64,000 nucleotides of DNA from Candidatus Micrarchaeota archaeon (GTDB lineage Archaea > Micrarchaeota > Micrarchaeia > Anstonellales > Bilamarchaeaceae). The DNA is taken from contig WJMN01000047.1 in NCBI GenBank assembly GCA_014727925.1, forward strand, positions 41,833 to 105,832, written 5' to 3'. A program made the translations under genes and the position numbers. Shown here one piece after another: positions 9,527 through 17,797 of the stretch. Each line of letters begins with the position of its first letter. The stretch's first letter is position 1. Below the pieces are notes generated by a model. The model worked only from the letters and a program-made list of their open reading frames with translations, searched no databases and had not been told where the DNA came from.

Positions 9527-10492
9527 TTTTTTGAACAGGTAGTGATAGAATGGATTTTTTTCCGCCCCCCGCTTAAGCAGCTCAATATCATACCCTTCCT
9601 TCTCAAGTTTTTTTGCCTCCCCCTCTATTTCAGCAGCCTCCATGTAATCCAGCTTTTCAAGCTCTACCGAAAAAAGCTTCCGGCCCAGCACCCTCTCCAC
9701 GAACCCATCCTGTGCCTCAACACTCCCCCTGCATTTTTTCTCAAGCCACCCGAAATCAACATCAACAGTGTACTGCTCCCCGTATTTCCTTACAACTGAA
9801 CTGTTCCATATTTCAGATGTAAGCGCTTCAATTTCCTCTGTTCCGTAGAATCCATACTCAAAAAGGCTCAGCCCCCCTCCATCAGCGAGTTTTCCCTTCC
9901 ATTTTTCCACCAGGCCGATTGCTTCAATGTTCACCGGTACCCAGTATCCCTCCGGGATGTTTTCCATCCTTTCCATGGCAACTGCAGGGGCGCGTGGCTG
10001 TTCCCATGCCGCAAATTCACCGTTGTTCCATCCCACTTCGTAAATTTTCCCCTTCTCTTTTACAAATACTCTTGCAGGAATATCATCCAGAATCTCGTTT
10101 CCCCTTATCCAGAGAGCACTGCCCATTTTTTCCGCTTCTTCTGCAGGGGCACACACGGATTCAATTGCATATTCCCTCAGCTTCTCCTCAGACGCATCCA
10201 GCATTTTCCTGCTTATGTCCCACAGCGTGTATACTACCCTCTTGCCCACCGAATGATCTATCCTGTTAATGTTTTCAAGGAATTTTTTGGCAAAGCTGCC
10301 GTCACCCACACCAAACTCATAAACCCTGAGCTCCCCTTCTGTGTTGCCCGCACTCTCAAGGAATTCCAGTGCACATGCCTTGCCCAGCCTTGCAGATGCC
10401 GCAAAGGTCTTGAAGTCCTGGTAGATGTGCTTGCCCCTTTCCGGATAATACCTGCGGTTGGTCCTCTCCATAAGCTTTGCAATGCTCTCCAT
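9518..10492 (-). CDS. SAM-dependent methyltransferase, MidA/NDUFAF7-like
   Basis: DFKT near N-terminus, motif I VYEFGVGDG, GNEILDDIP, TVDVDF; start placed at MESIAK to avoid overlap with the divergent gene. Confidence 0.75.
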   Translation of the reverse strand: MESIAKLMERTNRRYYPERGKHIYQDFKTFAASARLGKACALEFLESAGNTEGELRVYEFGVGDGSFAKKFLENINRIDHSVGKRVVYTLWDISRKMLDASEEKLREYAIESVCAPAEEAEKMGSALWIRGNEILDDIPARVFVKEKGKIYEVGWNNGEFAAWEQPRAPAVAMERMENIPEGYWVPVNIEAIGLVEKWKGKLADGGGLSLFEYGFYGTEEIEALTSEIWNSSVVRKYGEQYTVDVDFGWLEKKCRGSVEAQDGFVERVLGRKLFSVELEKLDYMEAAEIEGEAKKLEKEGYDIELLKRGAEKNPFYHYLFKKSD

Positions 10493-10544
10493 CACACTTT
10501 TCCTGCTCCGAAACAAATAATAATCATCTCCCTGATTTATCCGC

Positions 10545-11102
10545 ATGCAGCAGTTCGTACTTGACACAAGCCTTTTTGTCAATCCTGACTGCAGGAAGCA
10601 GTTTGGGAAAACCCCCTACTCTTCGGTTTCAGGCTTCATAAAAAAAGCGAAAACAAAAAAGAAAAAGGCAGAGTTCTACATGCCTCCCATCGTGTTCAGG
10701 GAACTTTCCCATTTCACTGAAAAGGGCTCTTCCCGGCTTTCAACTGTAGTTAAAAAGCGAGCCCCGAACCTTTATGGAATATACATACCTGCAGCAATCC
10801 TCTACACCTTCATAGATGATGTAAGGATGCGGGTAAACAAGGGTCTGAGGCTCGCAGAGGAGTTTGCCAGGGACAACAAGCCGGACAACAGGGCAAAGCT
10901 CAACAAACTCAGGGCAAAATACAGGGAGGCTATGCGCAGGGGGATGGTTGATTCCAAGGAGGACCTGGAGGTTATACTGCTCGCGTATGAGCTCGGGGCA
11001 ACAATTGTCACTTCTGATGAGGGGATGGTTGAGATGGCGAACAAGATAGGTGTTGAATGGATAGAGGCAGAGAGGTTCGGCGCCCTTCTCAAATCAATTT
11101 GA
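10545..11102 (+). CDS. RNA-free RNase P (HARP / Aq_880 / MJ0950 family PIN-domain protein)
   Basis: FVLDTSLF, spike helix RMRVNKGLRLAEE...LRAKYREAMRRG, DSKEDLEVILLAYELGA, TSDEG acidic residues. Confidence 0.88.
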   Translation: MQQFVLDTSLFVNPDCRKQFGKTPYSSVSGFIKKAKTKKKKAEFYMPPIVFRELSHFTEKGSSRLSTVVKKRAPNLYGIYIPAAILYTFIDDVRMRVNKGLRLAEEFARDNKPDNRAKLNKLRAKYREAMRRGMVDSKEDLEVILLAYELGATIVTSDEGMVEMANKIGVEWIEAERFGALLKSI

Positions 11103-11147
11103 TTTAAAAGTATTTCTCTAGCCTAATCCCATCGTTTGGTGATTTTT

Positions 11148-11594
11148 ATGCCCCCCAGAAAAATCCATAAATCTGCCCCGCTATCTAACCGCAGCCCTAC
11201 TATAATGAAGGCAGGCGGGATTTCCGGCCTACAGCACCTTCCACGCTGGGAAAAGTACCTTAAGCTGGGGGATGCTGCAGAAGAGCTGGGCCTGGGATTG
11301 GCTCACCTTGAGTGGAGAATCCGGGCATATTTTACTGCGCTGGAGCAGGGGAATTACCCTGCTGCACAGAAGATTGGACTGATTCATTTCACTGATAAAG
11401 AGGTGCGCATTGCCGAAAGCCTCCAGGTGCTTGGGGAGAATGCCCGCTCAGGCAGGCTGAACTCAGAACTCCAGTGCCTTGCTGAGAATGCCCTTGTGAC
11501 CGGAGTGCCGCGGGAGCTGGTTGCATGGGAGCTTGCAAAGCACCGTGCCCCAGATATGACTTTTCTTGAATGGAAACACCATATGCAACCTTAG
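11148..11594 (+). CDS. Hypothetical protein
   Basis: GGTGA RBS then ATG; fills the gap between HARP and the RNA ligase; basic Pro-rich N-terminus. Confidence 0.6.
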   Translation: MPPRKIHKSAPLSNRSPTIMKAGGISGLQHLPRWEKYLKLGDAAEELGLGLAHLEWRIRAYFTALEQGNYPAAQKIGLIHFTDKEVRIAESLQVLGENARSGRLNSELQCLAENALVTGVPRELVAWELAKHRAPDMTFLEWKHHMQP

Positions 11595-11599
11595 CCTTT

Positions 11600-12667
11600 C
11601 TAATCAGCCTGAGCATATCCTCCTATTGCCCTTCTCAGCCTCCTGCTTCCCTTTTTGTAGATTTTCCTGAATTTTATTCGTGTTCCCCCCTCCTCTTTCT
11701 TTTTTGAGTCCACTTCTATCCGGACCTCATCCGACATATGCTCCAGGACCTTCCTCCAGGTCCTGTTTTTTTTCACGAGAACCTCAAAGTCCTCACTTAC
11801 TTCCCCTCTGTTTTTTATTGCAGTGTAAAGATTTTTGTGCAGGGCCCTCCCCAGCTTTCCATCATATTTATCCTTGTCCAGCCCAAGTTCAGAAATGGAT
11901 ATTGCGCTCCTAAAGACACGCTGCTTCATGAACCCTGCCGGCATATCAAATATCATGTGCGAATTTTCTGCAAGGTCCTCTATCTCGGAGGAGGGGACCA
12001 CATATTTTATTATTTTTCTCGGCTTATCCTGCTTTAGCACAATCCCCTCCCCCCCGCTTTTTTCAACCCGAATCGCCGCTTTTTTTAGTTTCCCCGAATC
12101 CGGGCCCCCCATCCTCTCTACCAGGGGCGCGGCTCCCATTCTGTATTCTCTGCAGAGCTTTCTTTTTTCCCCGGTAGGGAGGAAATTGAGCTTTCCGTCG
12201 CTTATGTCAAACACATAATACTTAACATCATAATCCTTTGCGGGAGGGGTGTAGGGAGTGCACCCAACCATCTCAATATGGAGCACCTTTTCCGGGTGGA
12301 TTTTGAAGAATTCCCCTACTTCCTCCCTCTCCGAAATCTTCTCCATTGCAAAATAGTCCAGGAATCCTCCCCGTGAAATGCAGACAACTTTCCCGTGTTC
12401 ATAAGCAACCCTCAGGTTGAACCCGTCAATCTTTTCCTCTGCCCACGTTTCCTTTTTCCCAAGGTTTCTTTCCGCCCCTTCTGCAAGCGAAAAAACCCTC
12501 CTTATTTTTGGGTAACCGTACACAACCCGTTTTCCGATTATCACCGTCCCCCTGGGGATACTCCCTATCCTGTCCGAGAAGCGGTAGATTCCGTCTCTTT
12601 CCTCTACTTTTCCATTTCTGATTGCATCCCTGACCTTTTTCCTCAGCCCCTTATTCAGTTTCTTCAT
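11600..12667 (-). CDS. ATP-dependent RNA ligase, Pab1020/Rnl3 family
   Basis: GYPKIRR, motif I EEKIDGFNLRV, SRGG, YVFDI, EGIVLK; start at MKKLNK after GAGGA. Confidence 0.88.
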   Translation of the reverse strand: MKKLNKGLRKKVRDAIRNGKVEERDGIYRFSDRIGSIPRGTVIIGKRVVYGYPKIRRVFSLAEGAERNLGKKETWAEEKIDGFNLRVAYEHGKVVCISRGGFLDYFAMEKISEREEVGEFFKIHPEKVLHIEMVGCTPYTPPAKDYDVKYYVFDISDGKLNFLPTGEKRKLCREYRMGAAPLVERMGGPDSGKLKKAAIRVEKSGGEGIVLKQDKPRKIIKYVVPSSEIEDLAENSHMIFDMPAGFMKQRVFRSAISISELGLDKDKYDGKLGRALHKNLYTAIKNRGEVSEDFEVLVKKNRTWRKVLEHMSDEVRIEVDSKKKEEGGTRIKFRKIYKKGSRRLRRAIGGYAQAD

Positions 12668-13997
12668 CTTCCTCAACCACTGTTTTCTGGATTTCAACCT
12701 TTTTCTTCTTTTTGGGGTTTTTTGCGGTCTGCCCATCCCCTTTCTCCCCTGCTTCAGCATCTCCCTTTTTTGCAGGTTTTCCGTTGCCGAATATTACTGT
12801 GCCAAGAGTTGTGGCCAGTATGCTTGTAATTATTACCACGAATGCAATCTGGGGAAAAGAGGAGAACATTTTATACAGTATGTTGAATTCCCCTGCCTCC
12901 AGCAGGCTGGATTTTTCCAGGAGCATTGCTGCAGGGTAAGTGGCCATGATTGCGGTTGCCAGCCCCCTCGGCATCAGCACAGTAAGCTGGGGCCGGAATT
13001 CTAGCAGGTCGCTTTTCCAGGTTGAAACCCAGACTGCTGCAGCCCGCACTGCAAGCAGGAGCAGGGTCACCCCAATTCCTACAAGCACCAGCCCCATATC
13101 TGTGATATTTACAATGGTTCCCAGGAATACAAAGAAGAATGTCCGCACAAGGAAGGAGATCTCATTCTGGAATTTGCTTACCCCCGGCTCTTCGGCGACC
13201 CCCTCAAACCTGAGCATCTTTCCGATTTCCCCCATGTTTCCAAGCATGAAACCGAAAACCAGCGCGGCAATTGCCCCGCTCCCTCCGGTAATTTCTGTGA
13301 TTATGTAGAGCACAAGCATTATTGCAAGTGTGAGCATGTAGAAAAAATTCAGCTTCCTGAGCTTGGGGCTCAGCCCTATCCATGCCATTCCAAATATTAC
13401 CCCGAGCACTGCACCTATTGAGAAGCTGGAAACCACGCTTTGCGTAGTGCCCTGGATGCTTGCATGTCCTGAGATGAACGCGCCGGTCAGAGAAAGGACC
13501 AGTACCACTGCAACAACATCAGTTATCGAGGATTCTATGGTTATTGTCTGCCTGGCCTTCTCGCTTATCTTCATTCCCCTGGCTATGGGTATTACTATTG
13601 CGGAGCCGGTTCCTGCCACCACTGAACCAAGGATTATCCCTGAGAAAATGCTGTTTCCCATAATCGCCCAGGCAGCAGCAACCGCTCCTATTGCAAGGGC
13701 AAGCCCCAGCACCCCGAGGATTATTCCCCTCCCGCTCTCATGCACAAGCCGGTATATGTTCAGCTGTGTTCCACCATCAAAAAGCAGTATCAGCAGGGCA
13801 AGCGGGGCAAAGATGTACTCCAGCCCCACCATTGTATCAACATCAACTATCCCTGTTACCGGCCCCAGCAGGTACCCTGTTGCAAGCAGCAAAAGCACAG
13901 AGGGGATTCCATATCTCCTGAATATCAGCTCCCCCAGGAACCCCACCAGGATTATTCCGGCAAAAATTGCAAAAGCAACCAGTGTAGCAAACGCCAT
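12651..13997 (-). CDS. Cation:proton antiporter, CPA1/NhaP-like
   Basis: About 12-13 TM helices; LLFDGG, IESSITDV, FFFVFLG, MPRGLATA. Confidence 0.88.
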   Translation of the reverse strand: MAFATLVAFAIFAGIILVGFLGELIFRRYGIPSVLLLLATGYLLGPVTGIVDVDTMVGLEYIFAPLALLILLFDGGTQLNIYRLVHESGRGIILGVLGLALAIGAVAAAWAIMGNSIFSGIILGSVVAGTGSAIVIPIARGMKISEKARQTITIESSITDVVAVVLVLSLTGAFISGHASIQGTTQSVVSSFSIGAVLGVIFGMAWIGLSPKLRKLNFFYMLTLAIMLVLYIITEITGGSGAIAALVFGFMLGNMGEIGKMLRFEGVAEEPGVSKFQNEISFLVRTFFFVFLGTIVNITDMGLVLVGIGVTLLLLAVRAAAVWVSTWKSDLLEFRPQLTVLMPRGLATAIMATYPAAMLLEKSSLLEAGEFNILYKMFSSFPQIAFVVIITSILATTLGTVIFGNGKPAKKGDAEAGEKGDGQTAKNPKKKKKVEIQKTVVEEDEETE

Positions 13998-14006
13998 GCA
14001 TCTCAC

Positions 14007-14531
14007 CTACCAGGGGACTTTCTTAAGCCCTGCCCTGTTTGCCATCAGGTTTGTGCCCACATGAAGCAGGTAGGATATAATCAGTATGAATGCGATATTT
14101 GGAATCGTGTATATGCCTTTTGCAAATGGGTATGCGAAGACCAGTGCACCCATTACGAAGTCCATCTGGTCTAGCACCCTTGAGTGCATTCCCGGTCTGA
14201 CACCCATCCTCCTTTTTATGAAGCTGCCTCCCGCATCCCCCACCAGGGCTCCCACTGCAAGCATTGAGCCGGAGAGGAAGAGCACCTCGCGGTTTCCAAA
14301 AAGCAGGCCGGGCCACCACAGGGAGATGAGCCCCGATGCAATCACGCCCGCTGCGATTCCCCCTAAAAATCCCTGAACTGTTTTGGTCTTCCCAAACAAG
14401 CCCATTCCGTCTCCAAGCGTAATCCCGCAGTCAAGGCGGCCCCCCCCTCCAACCAGTACAGGTGCGGCATTCGCAATGTAACAGGGAAGCATGAATGCAA
14501 GGAGCTCCAGAAAAATCATTTTATTCTTCAT
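14007..14531 (-). CDS. carS: CDP-archaeol synthase
   Basis: PCYIANAAPV, FGKTKTVQG, GDAGGSFIKRRMG, LDQMDF, C-terminal LKKVPW. Confidence 0.9.
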   Translation of the reverse strand: MKNKMIFLELLAFMLPCYIANAAPVLVGGGGRLDCGITLGDGMGLFGKTKTVQGFLGGIAAGVIASGLISLWWPGLLFGNREVLFLSGSMLAVGALVGDAGGSFIKRRMGVRPGMHSRVLDQMDFVMGALVFAYPFAKGIYTIPNIAFILIISYLLHVGTNLMANRAGLKKVPW

Positions 14532-14616
14532 CACATTCCCAATCAATCTTTATAAAATGAACTCCGTTTTTGCATATCAGTTAAGTATATAAACATTATT
14601 TAACACAATATTTACT

Positions 14617-15687
14617 ATGAATTCCCACCAAAACCCTCCTCACACCCCAAAGCAGCAGGTTGAGGATGCACTGGAAGGTCTTTGTTCTCCCTCTTCTGCA
14701 AACAGAATTACTGCTGCGCAGGAGCTCCAGGAGCTTGCCGCCAGCATGGATCCTGCCCAGAGGCCCCCGGTAATGGCGGCGCTGGCCCAAATGCTTGAAA
14801 GCGCCTCTGAATATACTGAAGTTGTTTTTGGCCTCCATTGCCTGTCTGTTGTGGCCTCAGGGCAAATGCCCGATTATTCAGAAGAAGAGATTTACAGCAA
14901 GGCGACCGCCGCAGAAAAAGTTGTTACAGTCTGCGGCCACATACTCCGGGTTCTTGACAACTCAAAGGAAACCCAACTTATCAGCCTTGGGGCAAAATCA
15001 CTTTCACGCATTTTTAAAACATCAGGAAAAGAAGAAAGAAATTCCTTCCTTTTTAGGGTACTCTCAGGCAGCAAGCTGGAAAAGATGGTTGCCCTGACTT
15101 CAATACATTCCATGGATTACAGGGACGATGCAGTTTCCACCAAGGTCGCGTTCTGCACCCAGGACTGGGACCATGAGGTCTGCACCAGGGCAGAAGAGGT
15201 TTTCCGCAAGATTTCACAGCATACTGAGGATAAGGGCAGATTGATCAAGCATCCCCTCAGGGAACTGGTGCTTGAAGAAAATGAGGAAAAGCTGCCCAGG
15301 CACATTAAGAAGTACTTCAAAAGAAATGGCAAAGACTCCAACGCGGCAGAACTCCTTAAGGCATTTGCAATAACCGGATTTGTAAGGGGCCTTGAAAACG
15401 GCACAACGATTGCAAAAGAGCTTGCGCGCATGGGCCACATTTCAGATTCAGATATTGACAGGCATGGCAAAAACGCCAAAAAAGGCGGGAGCAATCACCC
15501 TTCCCGGCCCAATCCTGATAAGCAGCTGGACCGCCTGCGCTCCCTTGCTTCATCAAAGGCCACATTTTCCGTTCGCCGGAGCCTTCCCCGCAGGAGCAGC
15601 CTTTCTCCTCCCCGCGGCAGGGGGCCAAAACCCCAGAAGAAGATAGAGTTCACTTCCTGGACACTTGCAGGAAGAACGGCTAATTAG
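14617..15687 (+). CDS. Hypothetical helical (HEAT-like) protein with Arg/Pro-rich C-terminal tail
   Basis: 356 aa with its own TATA (TATATAAA); repeats such as LCSPSSANRITAAQELQEL and QDWDHEVCTRAEEVF; basic tail. Confidence 0.65.
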   Translation: MNSHQNPPHTPKQQVEDALEGLCSPSSANRITAAQELQELAASMDPAQRPPVMAALAQMLESASEYTEVVFGLHCLSVVASGQMPDYSEEEIYSKATAAEKVVTVCGHILRVLDNSKETQLISLGAKSLSRIFKTSGKEERNSFLFRVLSGSKLEKMVALTSIHSMDYRDDAVSTKVAFCTQDWDHEVCTRAEEVFRKISQHTEDKGRLIKHPLRELVLEENEEKLPRHIKKYFKRNGKDSNAAELLKAFAITGFVRGLENGTTIAKELARMGHISDSDIDRHGKNAKKGGSNHPSRPNPDKQLDRLRSLASSKATFSVRRSLPRRSSLSPPRGRGPKPQKKIEFTSWTLAGRTAN

Positions 15688-15761
15688 GCACGGGGCCCCT
15701 GAAGCATCCGACCGATAGCTATTTAATTATCATTTTCCATCTTTTACAAACAGGTGGGCTG

Positions 15762-16712
15762 ATGTCTGATAAAAAATATATTCGCCACAATCCAAAGAAA
15801 GAAAAAGGGATAAAATTTCCTTATCTTGTGCTTGCATTCCTTACCTTGGGCTTTCTTGCAATGATTATCTCGGTTTTTGTTTCAATGGCTTCAGAGGGCC
15901 CTGTTTTCGGGGAGTGTGTGGCCGTTGTGGAAATAAATGGGGAGATTACAACCCAATCCTCGCCAACGAGCATGTTTGCTGAAGGGACCTATGGCTCCTA
16001 TGAACTTTCAAAAAGAATAAACGCACTCAATGGGCGCGATGAGGTTTCTTCTGTGCTGCTTGTGGTAAATTCACCCGGGGGCTCAGTTGTTGCAGCAGAT
16101 GAGATTTACCGTTCGGTGGATTCAGTTGAAAAGCCGGTTGTCGCTTATTTCCGGGAAACGGCTGCTTCAGGTGGATACTATATTGCCGCACCCGCGGATT
16201 ACATAGTTTCTGAGCCCAACACCCTTACAGGCTCACTTGGGACAGTAATGTATCTTGCCGAATTCAGCGAGCTTGCAAAGGAGCTAGGCATAAAGGACGT
16301 TGTAATAAAATCAGGGGAAATGAAGGACATTGGAAATCCCATGCGCAATATGACAGAGGAGGAGGAAGCCCTGCTCCAGGAGGTTGTGGAAGAGGCATTC
16401 CAGCATATGAAGTCCAACATAGAGGAGCAGCGCGGAGACTCCCTCGTATACCCTGAGTTCAACGAGGTTCTAGACGGAAGAGTTCTTTCCGGCAGGATGG
16501 CACTTGAGGCGGGCCTTGTTGATGAGCTTGGCTCAAGGGACGATGCCCTTATGAAGGCAGCAGGGCTTGGGGGGACTGAAGCTGCCTCCCCTTCTGATGT
16601 GGAGGTGTGCATGATAAAGACCAAGCCTGAGGCTGCGGGCCTCTTTGACATGAGTTCCTTCATAAGCAGTATTTTCTCAGAGGAACAAACACCTTCACTC
16701 AATTACCGGTGA
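15762..16712 (+). CDS. sppA: Signal peptide peptidase, S49 family
   Basis: N-terminal TM; VNSPGGSV, AASGGYYIA, TGSLG, KSGEMKD, DGRV, GLVDELG. Confidence 0.93.
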   Translation: MSDKKYIRHNPKKEKGIKFPYLVLAFLTLGFLAMIISVFVSMASEGPVFGECVAVVEINGEITTQSSPTSMFAEGTYGSYELSKRINALNGRDEVSSVLLVVNSPGGSVVAADEIYRSVDSVEKPVVAYFRETAASGGYYIAAPADYIVSEPNTLTGSLGTVMYLAEFSELAKELGIKDVVIKSGEMKDIGNPMRNMTEEEEALLQEVVEEAFQHMKSNIEEQRGDSLVYPEFNEVLDGRVLSGRMALEAGLVDELGSRDDALMKAAGLGGTEAASPSDVEVCMIKTKPEAAGLFDMSSFISSIFSEEQTPSLNYR

Positions 16713-17083
16713 ACCCCTTGGAACCAGAAAAAATCCTTGTTGCATCAGTCGCAGTTTTTACAGGGTTGTTGATACTTGTGCTATTTATTTACTTTTTTTC
16801 TTATCCTGGCACCCGCCTGGATTTTTCGCCCACTTCCCTTGACCTGGGGAGCTCAGGCTATGAATGCACTCTAGGAGATGAGCTTCCCTGCACCGATGAG
16901 GGGGGTTGCCCGGGCACCAGATCCTGCCTACACGGAGACTGGTCTTCCTGCACTGTCCGGGAGGAATGCACCCCCGGGGAAACCCGCTTCTGCCCCACCG
17001 GGGGCTGCACCAACGGGGTACAGAGATGCGATGCATGCTCCCAGTGGGGGCCCTGTCTCCCCTCTGGATGCTCCAGCGGATAA
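16709..17083 (+). CDS. Small membrane-anchored protein with two Cys-rich repeats
   Basis: GTGA overlap with sppA; TM then ECTLGDELPC...GCPGTRSC..GDWSSC and ECTPGETRFC...GCTNGVQRC...SQWGPC. Confidence 0.75.
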   Translation: MNPLEPEKILVASVAVFTGLLILVLFIYFFSYPGTRLDFSPTSLDLGSSGYECTLGDELPCTDEGGCPGTRSCLHGDWSSCTVREECTPGETRFCPTGGCTNGVQRCDACSQWGPCLPSGCSSG

Positions 17084-17123
17084 CTCCGGTGTGTTTAAAA
17101 GCTTTTATTTTAGAATTATATCG

Positions 17124-17789
17124 ATGGGAACCAGAAAAGCATTTGTATTTTCCCTTGATTCATTTGTTGCATTTGTGCTTACAGTTGCTGCTCTGTATTC
17201 CCTCCTGTTTTTCGCAACGGTTCCTGCTGCTTATTATTCTTCGCTGACACAGGCAAATTACCTTGCAAAGGATACTCTGCTTGCGCTTGCAACAACCACT
17301 GCAGGTGAAGGGGCCGCCCACTGCAGCGAAGGGCAAACATATCTCGACTGTGTAATTGAAGATAAAAAAGCAGCGAGGATATATATAGGCTCAAAGGGCC
17401 AGGAAGGAGGATACGATGAGAGCGCCCTTGTGCCTGCCCAGTTTGGTTATAAGATTGAGACCCTTGATTTTTCGGAGGGAGACGGGGAAATAAACTTTTC
17501 TGATGCAGACTGGAGCGAAGTTTATAATACGGCAGATGACCCGCAGTCTGCAAACAAAAAAGAATACCACAAGCTCAAGGCAGCTGCCCACGCGCTTTAT
17601 TTTGGCTACAGCCAAGCCCCGGAGGGGGGAGAGGAATCCCCGCTCCACTATGTTAGCTGTGGAGGAGAATACACAATTTGCTCCTGGCCCGAGCCATTCA
17701 TTTATTATGGCAGCTATGACCATGAAGGGAACACTGACATCGTTGGAGATGCATATTCGCGGGTTGTGAGATTCACAGTATATACTTGA
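17124..17789 (+). CDS. Class III signal peptide (type IV pilin-like) protein
   Basis: MGTRKA|FVFSLDSFVAFVL followed by a hydrophobic helix. Confidence 0.75.
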   Translation: MGTRKAFVFSLDSFVAFVLTVAALYSLLFFATVPAAYYSSLTQANYLAKDTLLALATTTAGEGAAHCSEGQTYLDCVIEDKKAARIYIGSKGQEGGYDESALVPAQFGYKIETLDFSEGDGEINFSDADWSEVYNTADDPQSANKKEYHKLKAAAHALYFGYSQAPEGGEESPLHYVSCGGEYTICSWPEPFIYYGSYDHEGNTDIVGDAYSRVVRFTVYT

Positions 17790-17797
17790 GGTTTTCC

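Noticed and set aside
13363-14064. 233-aa plus-strand ORF
   Set aside because: Antisense shadow of the NhaP antiporter.
16878-17123. 82-aa N-terminal extension of the first pilin-like ORF
   Set aside because: It overlaps the Cys-repeat gene in another frame; the class III signal begins at ATG 17124.
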